Positions 1 through 9,679 of a stretch of DNA of 64,000 nt are shown here, in pieces (positions within the stretch are counted from its first letter, which is position 1; each line of letters starts with the position of its first letter). The translations under genes were made by a program, and so were the position numbers. The notes under the pieces were generated by a model, which saw only the letters and a list, made by a program, of their open reading frames with translations, did no database searches and was not told where the DNA came from. This DNA comes from an uncultured Rhodospirillaceae bacterium. GTDB taxonomy: Bacteria; Pseudomonadota; Alphaproteobacteria; GCA-2731375. The stretch covers positions 19,209 through 83,208 of the forward strand of contig CAZVYX010000003.1 in assembly GCA_964631725.1 (NCBI GenBank), given 5' to 3'.

Positions 1-766
1 GCGCCGTGGCCCAGTCGATGGTTTCGGCGATGCCGGGCAGCTTGAACAGGTCATGCTCCCTGAGACGCTGGATAAAGGCCACGACCTGGCGGCTGAGGGT
101 TTCCTCGCAGCCGGGCACCTTGGTGCGCAGGATCGCCAGCTCGCGTTCGGCATCGGGATAGTCGACCCAGTAATACAGACAGCGCCGTTTCAGGGCGTCA
201 TGGATCTCCCGCGTCCGGTTCGAGGTGACGATGACGATCGGCGGTTCGGTCGCGGCGATGGTGCCGATTTCCGGTATGGTGATCTGAAAATCCGAAAGTA
301 CTTCCAGCAGATAAGCCTCGAACGCCTCGTCTGTGCGGTCCAGCTCATCGATCAACAGCACCGGTGCGGCGCCGTCCGTGCCCACCTCCAATGCCTGCAA
401 CAAGGGCCGCTTGATCAGGAATTCGTTGCGGAAAATATCCTGGCCCAGGCGCTCCCGGTCGATCGTGCCGCTGGCCTCGGCCAGGCGGATCTCTATCATC
501 TGGCGGGCGTAGTTCCATTCATAGACGGCGGAGGCGACATCCAGGCCCTCGTAACATTGCAGGCGCACCAGGGGCCGGGACAGGGTTTCCGACAGCACCT
601 TGGCAATCTCCGTCTTGCCGACGCCGGCCTCGCCCTCCAGAAACAGCGGCCGGCCCATCTTCAGGGCCAAAAACAGCGTTGTCGCCAGGCTGCGGTCGGC
701 GATGTAGTTGCCCCGGGTCAAGAGATCCAAGGTCGCGTCAATGTCTTGCGGTATGGCTGTGCTCAT
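1..766 (-). CDS. coxD: MoxR-like AAA+ ATPase, CoxD-type accessory protein of the CO-dehydrogenase-family cluster (3' end runs off the window start)
   Basis: The reverse-strand translation reads MSTAIPQDIDATLDLLTRGNYIADRS... with a Walker A motif LEGEAGVGKT and a Walker B-like LLIDELDR. A complementary ATG lies at 764-766, and the gene sits directly downstream of coxM. The listed + strand ORF 53..898 is its antisense shadow. Confidence 0.7.
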   Translation of the reverse strand, partial: MSTAIPQDIDATLDLLTRGNYIADRSLATTLFLALKMGRPLFLEGEAGVGKTEIAKVLSETLSRPLVRLQCYEGLDVASAVYEWNYARQMIEIRLAEASGTIDRERLGQDIFRNEFLIKRPLLQALEVGTDGAAPVLLIDELDRTDEAFEAYLLEVLSDFQITIPEIGTIAATEPPIVIVTSNRTREIHDALKRRCLYYWVDYPDAERELAILRTKVPGCEETLSRQVVAFIQRLREHDLFKLPGIAETIDWATA

Positions 767-863
767 GATCATCAAACTAGGTTAGTTGGCGGGCAAAGAA
801 AAGGCGGGGAGACATCGTCCCCCCGCCAATTCGCATGCCAGATAATACGATCAACTCGTATGA

Positions 864-1649
864 TCAACCGGCGGCGGCAACCGCGCGCTTGGCCATGACG
901 ACAACCAGATGGGCGCGATATTCGGCGCTGGCGTGGATGTCGCTGTTCAGATGATCGGGTGGAATAGAAACCCCATCCAGGGCATCGGGCGACCAGTTGG
1001 CCGACAGGGCGGCTTCCAGCTTCGGCCCCCGATGGGCGCATTCCGTGGCGCCAGTTACGGCAACACGGACACCGTCAGCGGCCTGGGCCACGAAAACCCC
1101 AACCATGGCATAACGGGATGCCGGGTTCGGGAACTTGGCATAGGCCGCCTTGGCAGCGTTGGGGAAGGTCACGCTCTTGATGATCTCGCCATCATTCAAC
1201 GCCGTCTCGAAAAGGCCGGTGAAGAAATCATCGGCCGCGATATCGCGCTGATTGGTGGTGATCGTGGCGCCCAGGCCCAACAAAGCAGCCGGATAATCCG
1301 CCGCCGGGTCGTTATTGGCGACGGAGCCGCCCAGGGTGCCGCGATTGCGCACCTGGGGATCACCGATGCCTTCGGCCACCGCGCGCAGGGCGGCTGGAAC
1401 GTCGGACGATCCGGCCACTTCGGCATGGGTGGTCATGGCACCGATGGTGACGCCATCGCCACTGGCCGAGATGCCTTTCAGATCGGCGATACCGGACAAA
1501 TCGACCACATCGGAAGGATTGGCCAGGCGTTGCTTGAGAACCGGCAGCAAGGTCTGACCGCCGGCGATAACCGTTCCATCCTCGGCCGCGGCAAGCTTGG
1601 CCGCGGCATCATCGAGGCTGGAGGCGGATTGGAAGTTGAAGTTATACAT
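864..1649 (-). CDS. coxM: CO dehydrogenase / xanthine dehydrogenase family medium subunit (FAD-binding)
   Basis: 261 aa, [21 protein letters not shown]...[28 protein letters not shown], typical of the CoxM/CutM FAD-binding subunit. It lies 18 bp downstream of coxL. Confidence 0.85.
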   Translation of the reverse strand: MYNFNFQSASSLDDAAAKLAAAEDGTVIAGGQTLLPVLKQRLANPSDVVDLSGIADLKGISASGDGVTIGAMTTHAEVAGSSDVPAALRAVAEGIGDPQVRNRGTLGGSVANNDPAADYPAALLGLGATITTNQRDIAADDFFTGLFETALNDGEIIKSVTFPNAAKAAYAKFPNPASRYAMVGVFVAQAADGVRVAVTGATECAHRGPKLEAALSANWSPDALDGVSIPPDHLNSDIHASAEYRAHLVVVMAKRAVAAAG

Positions 1650-1667
1650 TTGTCTATCCTCCCTGGC

Positions 1668-4022
1668 TCAGCCCGCCGCCTGCGCGGCACGCCAAATCTT
1701 TTCGGGTGTGGCCGGCATGTCCAGATGTTTGATGCCGAGGGCGTTGACGATGGCATTGATCACCGCCGGCGGCGCCGCGATGGCTCCCGCCTCGCCGCAA
1801 CCCTTGACACCCAATGGATTGTGCAACGGCACGGTCGGGGCATAATCCACATCGAACGATGGCAGATTATCGGCCCTGGGCATGCAGTAATCCTGGAACG
1901 AGCCGGAAACGAGCTGGCCGGAATCTTCGTCATAGACGCAGTGTTCCAACAAAGCCTGCCCGATGCCATGAGCCAGGCCGCCATGGACCTGACCTTCGAC
2001 GATCATCGGATTGACCAAGGTACCGAAATCATCGACCGCCGTGTACTTGACGATCTCCAAGGTGCCGGTATCGGGGTCGATCTCCACCTCGCAGACGTGT
2101 GCGCCGGCGGGGAAGGAGAAGTTCAAGGGATCGAAGAAGGCGATCTCGTCCAGGCCGGGCTCTACCCCTTCGGGGTAGTTGTGGGGCACATAGGCCGTGA
2201 ACGCGACCTCGGCGATATTCATCGCCTTGTCGGTGCCCGAGACCGTGAAGTTGCCGTCCGCGAACTCGATATCGTCCTCCGCCGCCTCAAGCGTATGGGC
2301 CGCGATCTTCTTGCCCTTGGCGATGATCTTGTCACAGGCATTGGCGATGGCGACGCCGCCGACGGGCAGCGAGCGCGAGCCATATGTGCCCATGCCGAAC
2401 TGACCCTTGTCGGTATCGCCGTGCACGACTTCGACCTGCTCCACCGGTACGCCAAGGCGTTCGGTAACCAGTTGGGCAAAGGCCGTTTCGTGGCCCTGAC
2501 CATGAGAATGCGTACCGGTAAAGACCGTGACGCCACCCGTCGGGTTAAAGCGGACCTGGGCCGATTCCCACAAACCAACGCCAACGCCCAAGGAGCCAAC
2601 AGCCGCCGAAGGCGCGACGCCGCAGGCCTCGATATAGGACGACAGACCGATGCCGCGCAGCCTGCCCCGGCCCTTGGCTTCCGCCTGGCGGGCGCCAAAG
2701 CCGTCGTAGTCGGCATTGGCCAGCGCCTTGTCGAGAGAGGCGTGATAGTCACCGGAGTCGTAGCACTGCACGACCGGCGTCTGGTACGGCATCTGATCGG
2801 CATTGATGAAGTTGCGTCGGCGGATTTCCGCCGGGTCCATGCCCATCTCAGCCGCCGAAACATCAACCAGGCGTTCCAGCAGATATGTCGCCTCCGGCCG
2901 GCCCGCACCGCGCGCCGCATCAACCGGCGCCGTGTTGGTCATGACACAACGCATATCGAGATAGATCGCCGGGGTGGTGTACTGTCCCGCCAGCAGGAAG
3001 CCGTGGAACAACGTCGGGATGGAGACCGAGAAGAGCTGCAGATAGGCCCCCATGTTGCCCTTGGACGTCACCCGCAAAGCAGTGAACTTGCCGTCCGCGT
3101 CCATGGCCATTTCCGCCTTGGTCACATGATCGCGGCCATGGGCATCGGACATGAAACCTTCCGAGCGGTCGGACGTCCATTTGACGGGACGGTTGACCTT
3201 TCTCGCGGCCCAGGCACAGATCGCCTCTTCATTATAGGTGAAGATTTTCGAACCGAAGCCGCCGCCAACATCGGGTGCCACGACGCGGAACTTATGCTCC
3301 GGCGCGATATTCATGAAGGCGGACATCACCAGGCGATGGACGTGCGGGTTTTGCGAAGTCAGATACAGGGTTGTCTCTTCGGTACCTGAATTGTATTCGC
3401 CCACAGCCGCGCGCGGCTCCATGGCGTTGGTGACCATGCGGTTGTTGACCAGTTCAACTTCCGCCGTCTTGTGCGCGGCGGCAAAGGCCGCGTCCACTGC
3501 CGCCTGATCGCCCAGTTCCCAATCCAGAGCCACATTGTTGGGGCATTCCTCGTGCAACTGCGGCGCGCCGTCAGCGTCCGCATTCGCGGTCGAAACGGTC
3601 GACGGCAGTTCGCTGTAGTCAATCGCCACCAGCTCCGCGCCGTCCTTGGCCTGAGCCAGGGTCTCGGCGATCACAACGGCGATGGGATCACCGACAAAGC
3701 GCGCCTTGTCCATGGTCAGGACGTTGCGCGGCGGGGTCTTGTTCACCTCGCCGCCCTTGCCGGTCACGGAGGCGCCGCAGACCAGGCCGCCAACTTCATC
3801 CGCCTGCAAATCCTGGCCGACGAATACGCCAACCACGCCAGGCGCGGATTTCGCCGCCGCCGTATCCACGGAATTGATCGTCGCATGGGCATGGGGCGAG
3901 CGTACGATGTACGCATGGGTCTGCCCCGGCCGGTTGATGTCGTCGGTATAGTTGCCCTTGCCGGTCAGAAACCGGTTGTCTTCCTTGCGCTTTAGCGAAG
4001 CGCCAATGCCATTCTCAGCCAT
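1668..4022 (-). CDS. coxL: CO dehydrogenase family large (molybdopterin) subunit, form II-like
   Basis: 784 aa from ATG 4020-4022 ([23 protein letters not shown]...). The active-site loop reads [12 protein letters not shown], which resembles the form II AYRGAGR signature rather than the form I AYRCSFR. Its start lies 1 nt after the coxS stop. Confidence 0.85.
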   Translation of the reverse strand: MAENGIGASLKRKEDNRFLTGKGNYTDDINRPGQTHAYIVRSPHAHATINSVDTAAAKSAPGVVGVFVGQDLQADEVGGLVCGASVTGKGGEVNKTPPRNVLTMDKARFVGDPIAVVIAETLAQAKDGAELVAIDYSELPSTVSTANADADGAPQLHEECPNNVALDWELGDQAAVDAAFAAAHKTAEVELVNNRMVTNAMEPRAAVGEYNSGTEETTLYLTSQNPHVHRLVMSAFMNIAPEHKFRVVAPDVGGGFGSKIFTYNEEAICAWAARKVNRPVKWTSDRSEGFMSDAHGRDHVTKAEMAMDADGKFTALRVTSKGNMGAYLQLFSVSIPTLFHGFLLAGQYTTPAIYLDMRCVMTNTAPVDAARGAGRPEATYLLERLVDVSAAEMGMDPAEIRRRNFINADQMPYQTPVVQCYDSGDYHASLDKALANADYDGFGARQAEAKGRGRLRGIGLSSYIEACGVAPSAAVGSLGVGVGLWESAQVRFNPTGGVTVFTGTHSHGQGHETAFAQLVTERLGVPVEQVEVVHGDTDKGQFGMGTYGSRSLPVGGVAIANACDKIIAKGKKIAAHTLEAAEDDIEFADGNFTVSGTDKAMNIAEVAFTAYVPHNYPEGVEPGLDEIAFFDPLNFSFPAGAHVCEVEIDPDTGTLEIVKYTAVDDFGTLVNPMIVEGQVHGGLAHGIGQALLEHCVYDEDSGQLVSGSFQDYCMPRADNLPSFDVDYAPTVPLHNPLGVKGCGEAGAIAAPPAVINAIVNALGIKHLDMPATPEKIWRAAQAAG

Positions 4023-4023
4023 G

Positions 4024-4530
4024 TCATCCCCCCGCGGTCTTGGCGGCCTGTTGCACCGCCTTGACGATATTGTGATAGCCGGTGCAGCGGCAGATATTGC
4101 CCTCCAGCTCGGACCTGATGGTGGCCTCGTCCGGATTCGGGTTCTTCGCCACCAGATCAACGGCGCTCATCACCATGCCCGGCGTGCAGAAGCCGCATTG
4201 CAGGCCGTGGTTATCCTGGAAGGCCTGCTGCATGGGATGCATTTCACCGTTCTGGGCCAGCCCCTCGATAGTGGTGACCTCGGCGCCATTGGCCTGCATC
4301 GCCAACATGGTGCATGACTTTACGGAATCGCCGTTCACATGCACGACGCAGGAACCGCATTGGCTGGTGTCACAGCCCACATGCGTACCCGTCAGATTTA
4401 GGTTTTCACGAATAAATTGAACAAGCAGCGTGCGGTCTTCGACCTCGCCACTCACAGCCTGACCGTTCACGGTCATCGAAACCGTTGGCATGTGGAACCT
4501 CCCTGTCGTTCGTTGCCGACTATATTGCAA
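4024..4530 (-). CDS. coxS: CO dehydrogenase family small subunit, [2Fe-2S] binding
   Basis: 168 aa with [13 protein letters not shown] and CGFCTPG cysteine motifs typical of the CoxS/XdhC iron-sulfur subunit. Confidence 0.9.
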   Translation of the reverse strand: MQYSRQRTTGRFHMPTVSMTVNGQAVSGEVEDRTLLVQFIRENLNLTGTHVGCDTSQCGSCVVHVNGDSVKSCTMLAMQANGAEVTTIEGLAQNGEMHPMQQAFQDNHGLQCGFCTPGMVMSAVDLVAKNPNPDEATIRSELEGNICRCTGYHNIVKAVQQAAKTAGG

Positions 4531-4647
4531 GGGTATAGAGCCAGCCTCACGGCCGGCCTTCCCCCAGTAATGGAAGTGTTTCGCCTCCGTGCGCTCAGGT
4601 CAAGCCCGGAAATTGCCGGAGGACGCTAAAGTCGCGATTTTGTGAGG

Positions 4648-5358
4648 CTAATCACCCCTTAGCAGCGCGATAATCACAATCATGATGACGATCAGGCCGC
4701 CCAGCCAGACCCAGCGGGGCAGGCCGCCCTGCTCCGGCGCGGCACCGGCCCGATCTGCATCGGCTTCGCCCGGCGCCATGTCGCGGCTACGGACGTGCAG
4801 CATCTCGGGCGCCGCCTCGCCCGCCGCGCCGGCGGCATCGACCAGGGCGGGCGGCACCTCGGTCGCGGCACCTGGCCGGCCGGCCTCGGGCGTTGGTGCG
4901 GCCTCAGCTTCTGGCGCGGGCGCGGCAGCCAGCTGGGCGAAGACCGAGAAAAACTCCCCGGCCAGTTTCTTGGCCGTGCCGTCGATCAAACGGGAGCCGA
5001 TCTGCGCCAGCTTGCCTCCGACATTGGCGTTGACCTCGTATTGCAGCAAGGTGCCGTCACCATCTTCCACCAGGGTGACCTTGGCGCCGCCCTTGGCGAA
5101 ACCCGCGGCACCGCCCTTGCCTTCCCCTTGAATGGTATAGCCGTTGGGCGGATCCATGTCGGACAACGTCACCTGGCCCTGAAACTTGGCCTTCACCGGC
5201 CCCACCTTGGCGGTGACGGTCGCGGTGAAACTGTCATCACCAACCGCGTCCAGGTCACTGCAGCCGGGAATACTCGCCTTCAGAATTTCCGGATCATTCA
5301 ATGCCGCCCACACCCGCTCCCGCGATGCGGCAATGCGATATTCGCCTGATAAATCCAA
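4648..5358 (-). CDS. coxG: CoxG-like SRPBCC protein with C-terminal transmembrane anchor
   Basis: (M)DLSGEYRIAASRERVWAALNDPEILKASIPGC matches the CoxG N-terminal pattern. I infer a TTG start at 5356-5358, preceded by GAGGGGG. The C-terminus WVWLGGLIVIMIVIIALL is hydrophobic. The long ORF to 5850 has an implausible N-terminus. Confidence 0.65.
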   Translation of the reverse strand: MDLSGEYRIAASRERVWAALNDPEILKASIPGCSDLDAVGDDSFTATVTAKVGPVKAKFQGQVTLSDMDPPNGYTIQGEGKGGAAGFAKGGAKVTLVEDGDGTLLQYEVNANVGGKLAQIGSRLIDGTAKKLAGEFFSVFAQLAAAPAPEAEAAPTPEAGRPGAATEVPPALVDAAGAAGEAAPEMLHVRSRDMAPGEADADRAGAAPEQGGLPRWVWLGGLIVIMIVIIALLRGD

Positions 5359-5436
5359 CTTTCCGCCCCCTCTATTTTCTTTGTGCCAATAATATAGCAC
5401 CATTGGTCGGGATTTCAGGGAAAACAGGAGGCGGGG

Positions 5437-6318
5437 GTGCGGACGGGCCGATTGATCGCCTTGACGGGCATGCTGTTGCTTTTCTTCGCCGGCCCGGTAT
5501 CGGCGCAGGAAAGCGTAAAATTCCGTGCCGCCGGCACCCCGCCGACAGCGCTGCAGATGCGCATGGCCAAGATGCGCGGCGAAGAGGCCAAGGCGACGCC
5601 TGGTCTGCAATTGCACGGTCAACTGCATCAGCCGGCACAGGGCGACGCCCCCTATCCGGCCCTGGTCCTCCTCCATGACTGCCGCGGCATTACCGGCGCC
5701 ATCGAAGATTGGGCCCTGCAATTGGCGGATTGGGGCTACCTGGCCCTGGTAGTGGACAGCTATGGCCCCCGCCATCACAAGCCTGATTGCAGCAGCTATG
5801 ACGGCATGGAATCCGTGGATCAGACCTTCGATGCCCTGGGCGCGCTGCAATTCCTAAGCCGGCGCGATGACGTGATCAGGCATCGAATTGGCCTGATCGG
5901 CTGGTCGATCGGCGGCAGCAAGGTGCTCGCCGCAATGAACAAGATCGGCGTGCACAATCTATATCAGGAGAAATTCAGCCATGGCGTCGCCTTTTATCCC
6001 CAATGTTTGACAGCTTCCGGTCCGTTCATCGGGCCCATATTGATGCTGGTCGGGGGCGCCGACGATTGGACCAAGGCCCAGCGCTGCCAAACCCTGCGCG
6101 ATGCCAATGCCATCAGCACCCACCCGCCACGCCTGCGGATCTACCCAGCGGCCTACCATTTCTTCGATGATCCTGGCGTGGGGCCGGTAGGCTACCGGGC
6201 CGAAATCGAAAACCGCGAGAACTCACCAACCCGTGGCGCCACCTGGGGCCATGATCCGTCCGCGCAAAAGGCCGCCCTGGGCCATGTCCGGAAATTTCTG
6301 GCCCGGCAACGACCCTAG
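5437..6318 (+). CDS. dienelactone hydrolase family protein, secreted
   Basis: GTG start at 5437 with AGGAGG 5 nt upstream. It has a signal-peptide-like N-terminus LLLFFAGPVSAQE, plus LLHDCRGI and a GWSIGG nucleophile elbow. Confidence 0.65.
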   Translation: MRTGRLIALTGMLLLFFAGPVSAQESVKFRAAGTPPTALQMRMAKMRGEEAKATPGLQLHGQLHQPAQGDAPYPALVLLHDCRGITGAIEDWALQLADWGYLALVVDSYGPRHHKPDCSSYDGMESVDQTFDALGALQFLSRRDDVIRHRIGLIGWSIGGSKVLAAMNKIGVHNLYQEKFSHGVAFYPQCLTASGPFIGPILMLVGGADDWTKAQRCQTLRDANAISTHPPRLRIYPAAYHFFDDPGVGPVGYRAEIENRENSPTRGATWGHDPSAQKAALGHVRKFLARQRP

Positions 6319-6349
6319 GGCGGTTTCTGCAGTCCTAGCCCCCGATGTC

Positions 6350-6787
6350 CTAACCGTGGCGGCCATATCGGGGAAGCCAGCGTACTTTTGACGGATAGAC
6401 GTGGCGGTGCCCATGACGCCGCGCATGGCGGCGTTCCTGCCGGATCTGGCGGCGATGGGCCTTGCGGTCCTGCCGGCGATGCCAAGCCTCATGCTGGCGG
6501 CAACGACGGTGGGCCTCATGACCCGAGCGATGCTTCTTGCGCTTCAGGTAATTGTGCTGCCCGTGGCGAACCTGGTCCCGCGCCGCCATATGCCGGCCGT
6601 ACACCAGGCGGCAGGCGCCACCATCGCACTTCAGGCTGACGACCGGCGCGATATACGGGTTTGTTTGCTGATGGCGGACCGGCCAGGGGTGATGATTGCG
6701 CCCTTGGCGCCAGTCCTGCGCCTGGCCGGGGCCGGCGGTGCAGATCACGATCATTGCCGCCAGGAATGAGACGATTTGCGTTTTCAT
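6350..6787 (-). CDS. hypothetical small secreted His/Arg-rich protein
   Basis: MKTQIVSFLAAMIVICTAGPGQAQ signal peptide with GAGAGGGA upstream of the ATG. The rest is low-complexity and basic, so this could be spurious in a high-GC genome. Confidence 0.3.
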   Translation of the reverse strand: MKTQIVSFLAAMIVICTAGPGQAQDWRQGRNHHPWPVRHQQTNPYIAPVVSLKCDGGACRLVYGRHMAARDQVRHGQHNYLKRKKHRSGHEAHRRCRQHEAWHRRQDRKAHRRQIRQERRHARRHGHRHVYPSKVRWLPRYGRHG

Positions 6788-6981
6788 GATGTATCCCTCT
6801 CGGTTACTTAGTGAAAAGCCGTTAAACGATGACGGCATTTTGACCGAGGCAGCCTGAACCAAAGCTGAGGTCCGGGTTCATCTAGTGTTCAGCATTGGTC
6901 TCTTGGGAAATTGTCCGAATATTAACCATTAATTTGTACTGATACCCTGGCAAATATTGGCGCTTGAGGGATTAGTACGTC

Positions 6982-8397
6982 ATGGCGAAATACGATTACG
7001 ATATGATCTGCATCGGCAGCGGGCCGGCCGGTCAACGGGCCGCCGTGCAAGGCGCCAAGCTGGGCAAGCGTGTCGCCATCATCGAACAGGAACAGGTGGT
7101 CGGCGGCGTCAGCCTGCACACCGGCACCATCCCCTCGAAAACCTTTCGCGAGGCGGTGCTGACATTTGGCCGTGGCGGACGGCGGGCCTCCGACATGCGG
7201 CGGCGGGCCAGCGACGGCAACGGCGTCTACCAAAAGGCGGTGACGGCGTCACAACTGTTTGAACGGGTCGGCAACATCGTGCAGCGGGAGGAACAGGTTC
7301 AGGATGCCCAGTTGGGTCGCAATGATGTCGACGTCATCGTCGGCACGGCGCAATTCAAGGGCCCGCACGAACTGTGCATCAAATCATCCATGGGCGAGCG
7401 CACTGCCACCGCCAAGAACGTCATGATCGCCGTCGGCACCAGGCCAGCGACACCCGCCAATACCAAGCTTGACGGCGAGCGGATCATTACCTCCGACGAA
7501 ATCTTCCATTTGGACGAATTGCCCCATTCCATGGTGGTCATCGGCTGCGGCGTTGTTGGTATCGAATACGCCTCGATGTTCGCCCTGCTGGGTGTCGAGG
7601 TGACGGTCGTCGATGGCCGTGGCACGCCGTTGGAGTTTCTTGACCGCGAGATTGTGGACGAACTGGTACATCAATTGCGGGCCATCAATGTGGTCTTCCG
7701 CTTGGGCGAAACCGTCGAACGGGTGGAGACGCGGGATGCGGCGCGCGGCCAGGTCGTCGTCTCGCTGGAATCCGGCAAGCGCCTGGTCGCGGATGTGGCC
7801 CTGGTCTGCGCCGGGCGGGCCGGCAATACACCCACCCTCAATCTAAAGGCGGCAAAACTGGCCACCGACGAGCGTGGGCGCTTGAGCGTCGACGATACCT
7901 TCCGCACCAAACAGAAGCATATTTTCGCCGGCGGCGATGTCATCGGCTACCCGGCCCTGGCGGCCACATCGTCGGAGCAAGGGCGCCTGGCGGCCTGCAA
8001 CGCCTTTGGCGTCAAGGTCGGGCCGATGCCGACGAACTTCCCCGTGGGCATTTATTCCATTCCCGAGATATCCATGGTCGGCGAGACCGAGCACGAGTTG
8101 ACGGCACGGAAAGTCCCCTACGAGGTCGGCATCGCGCGCTTCCGCGAAATCGCCCGTGGCCAGATTCTGGGCGATGACACCGGCTTGTTGAAACTGATTT
8201 TCCACCGCGACGATCGCAGCTTGCTCGGCGTGCACACGATCGGCACCGGCGCCACCGAACTGATCCACATCGGCCAATGCGTCATGGGATTGAACGGCGG
8301 TCTGAATTACTTCCTGGAAACCGTCTTCAACTATCCGACCCTGGCGGAATGCTACAAGGTCGCCGCCCTGGACGCCTACAATAAGCTAAACCTGTGA
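6982..8397 (+). CDS. sthA: soluble pyridine nucleotide transhydrogenase (Si-specific NAD(P)+ transhydrogenase)
   Basis: MAKYDYDMICIGSGPAGQRAAVQGAKLGKRVAIIE...GGVSLHTGTIPSKTFREAV closely parallels E. coli SthA, with the FAD GxGxxG motif and the pyridine-nucleotide-disulfide oxidoreductase fold. It contains an unusual Gly/Arg-rich insert. Confidence 0.8.
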   Translation: MAKYDYDMICIGSGPAGQRAAVQGAKLGKRVAIIEQEQVVGGVSLHTGTIPSKTFREAVLTFGRGGRRASDMRRRASDGNGVYQKAVTASQLFERVGNIVQREEQVQDAQLGRNDVDVIVGTAQFKGPHELCIKSSMGERTATAKNVMIAVGTRPATPANTKLDGERIITSDEIFHLDELPHSMVVIGCGVVGIEYASMFALLGVEVTVVDGRGTPLEFLDREIVDELVHQLRAINVVFRLGETVERVETRDAARGQVVVSLESGKRLVADVALVCAGRAGNTPTLNLKAAKLATDERGRLSVDDTFRTKQKHIFAGGDVIGYPALAATSSEQGRLAACNAFGVKVGPMPTNFPVGIYSIPEISMVGETEHELTARKVPYEVGIARFREIARGQILGDDTGLLKLIFHRDDRSLLGVHTIGTGATELIHIGQCVMGLNGGLNYFLETVFNYPTLAECYKVAALDAYNKLNL

Positions 8398-8808
8398 CCT
8401 AAGCATGAAGGCATCCGGTTCCGGCAGTGACTCGAAACCATACTGACGATAAAGGCCGTGAGCATCGGCGGTGGCCAATAGGAAACGGGTCACATCCGCC
8501 AAATCGGGATGCGCGACGATCCGCGCCATCAGCCACTTGCCCAGGCCCTTTCCGCGCAATTCATCCAGGACAAAGACATCCGACAGCCAGGCGAAGCGGC
8601 ACTGGTCGGTCACCACCCGGGCGAAACCGACCTGCCGCCCGCCGTCTTCGTATATGCCGAAGACGATGGCATTCTCGATGGACCGGCGGATATTCTCTTT
8701 GGCCGTGCCCTGGCCCCAATAGGTCTGGGCGATATAGTCCACGGTAAAGTCCCAATCCAGACGGCCGGGTTCGGTCGAGATGGTGTACCCGTCCCGTTGC
8801 CATTCCAT
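8386..8808 (-). CDS. GNAT family N-acetyltransferase
   Basis: 140 aa containing the VLDELRGKGLGKWLM acetyl-CoA binding motif. Confidence 0.7.
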   Translation of the reverse strand: MEWQRDGYTISTEPGRLDWDFTVDYIAQTYWGQGTAKENIRRSIENAIVFGIYEDGGRQVGFARVVTDQCRFAWLSDVFVLDELRGKGLGKWLMARIVAHPDLADVTRFLLATADAHGLYRQYGFESLPEPDAFMLRSQV

Positions 8809-8821
8809 CGGAAGCGCCCGC

Positions 8822-9598
8822 CTAGGCGGTCTGCTTGTTCTTCGCAGCAGCGATGTCCGCGGACATGTCGCGGGGATCCGTTGCGGTGAGGGAGACCTCC
8901 GACACCATGGCGCGGCGCGGCAGACCGACCGCCATCATCACGGCGGCCGAGATATCCTCGGGCATCATCATACGGGCACGGGTCGCCTCATCAGGGGGCA
9001 GGGCCCGGTTGTCCAGGATCGGCGTATCCACCTCGCCCGGGTTGACGGTGATGGCCCGGATACCGAAGGGCCGCATTTCCTGGGCCAGGACATTCATGTA
9101 GACCCGCGCCGCCGTTTTCGCCGCGCTGTAAGCCGCACCCGCCATGACCGAGGGGTTGACCCCCGCCATGGAGGCGATCATCACCACATCGCCCTGGCCC
9201 TTTTCGACCATGGCCGGCATCAGGCAACGGGTTAGCACCATCGGCCCCATGGTGTTGACGTCCATGACATCGCGCCATTCCTCCGCCCCGATATAGCGGG
9301 CACTTCTGATCTTGGAACTGAAACCGGCGTTGTTAATCAGAATATCGATTACGCCGTGTTCCTCCAGCAGGGCGGCGGCGAATGCCTCGATGGCATCCGG
9401 GTCCGTCATGTCACAAATTACCTGACTGGCCGTGCCGCCCGCGTCCGTGATCAGCTTGACCGTTTCCTCCAACGGCGCCGCCCGGCGGCCCGAAACAATG
9501 ACCTTGACCCCGGCATCGGCCAAATCCTGGGCGATGGCCCGGCCAATGCCGGTGCCCCCGCCGGTGACCAATGCCGTTTGACCCTGCAATGAACTCAT
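8822..9598 (-). CDS. SDR family oxidoreductase
   Basis: TALVTGGGTGIGRAIA Rossmann motif and a YSAAK catalytic motif. Confidence 0.8.
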   Translation of the reverse strand: MSSLQGQTALVTGGGTGIGRAIAQDLADAGVKVIVSGRRAAPLEETVKLITDAGGTASQVICDMTDPDAIEAFAAALLEEHGVIDILINNAGFSSKIRSARYIGAEEWRDVMDVNTMGPMVLTRCLMPAMVEKGQGDVVMIASMAGVNPSVMAGAAYSAAKTAARVYMNVLAQEMRPFGIRAITVNPGEVDTPILDNRALPPDEATRARMMMPEDISAAVMMAVGLPRRAMVSEVSLTATDPRDMSADIAAAKNKQTA

Positions 9599-9679
9599 GA
9601 CGTTGTTTCTCCCAAATATTCAATCAATCGGTTTCGCACCTGTGGCACACTGTATACCAAGGTGGGCCAATAGGAACGG

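Noticed and set aside
53-898. 281-aa + strand ORF at the window start
   Set aside because: Its translation is low-complexity. The opposite strand encodes a clean MoxR/CoxD AAA+ ATPase with Walker A GEAGVGKT, so the + ORF is an antisense artefact of high GC.
909-3389. 826-aa + strand ORF, plus many other long ORFs antisense to coxL, uvrB, the kinase, the mutase and others
   Set aside because: They overlap strongly supported genes on the other strand and have Arg/Gly/Ala-rich compositions typical of spurious ORFs in GC-rich DNA.
4648-5850. Full 400-aa extent of the coxG ORF
   Set aside because: The N-terminal 164 codons translate to implausible sequence and would overlap the divergent hydrolase gene. 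The CoxG homology begins at (M)DLSGEYRI, which has a good RBS.
6401-6769. 122-aa + strand ORF antisense to the small secreted protein
   Set aside because: No RBS, and an Ala/Leu/Pro-rich composition. The minus-strand ORF has a signal peptide and an SD. Both are low confidence.
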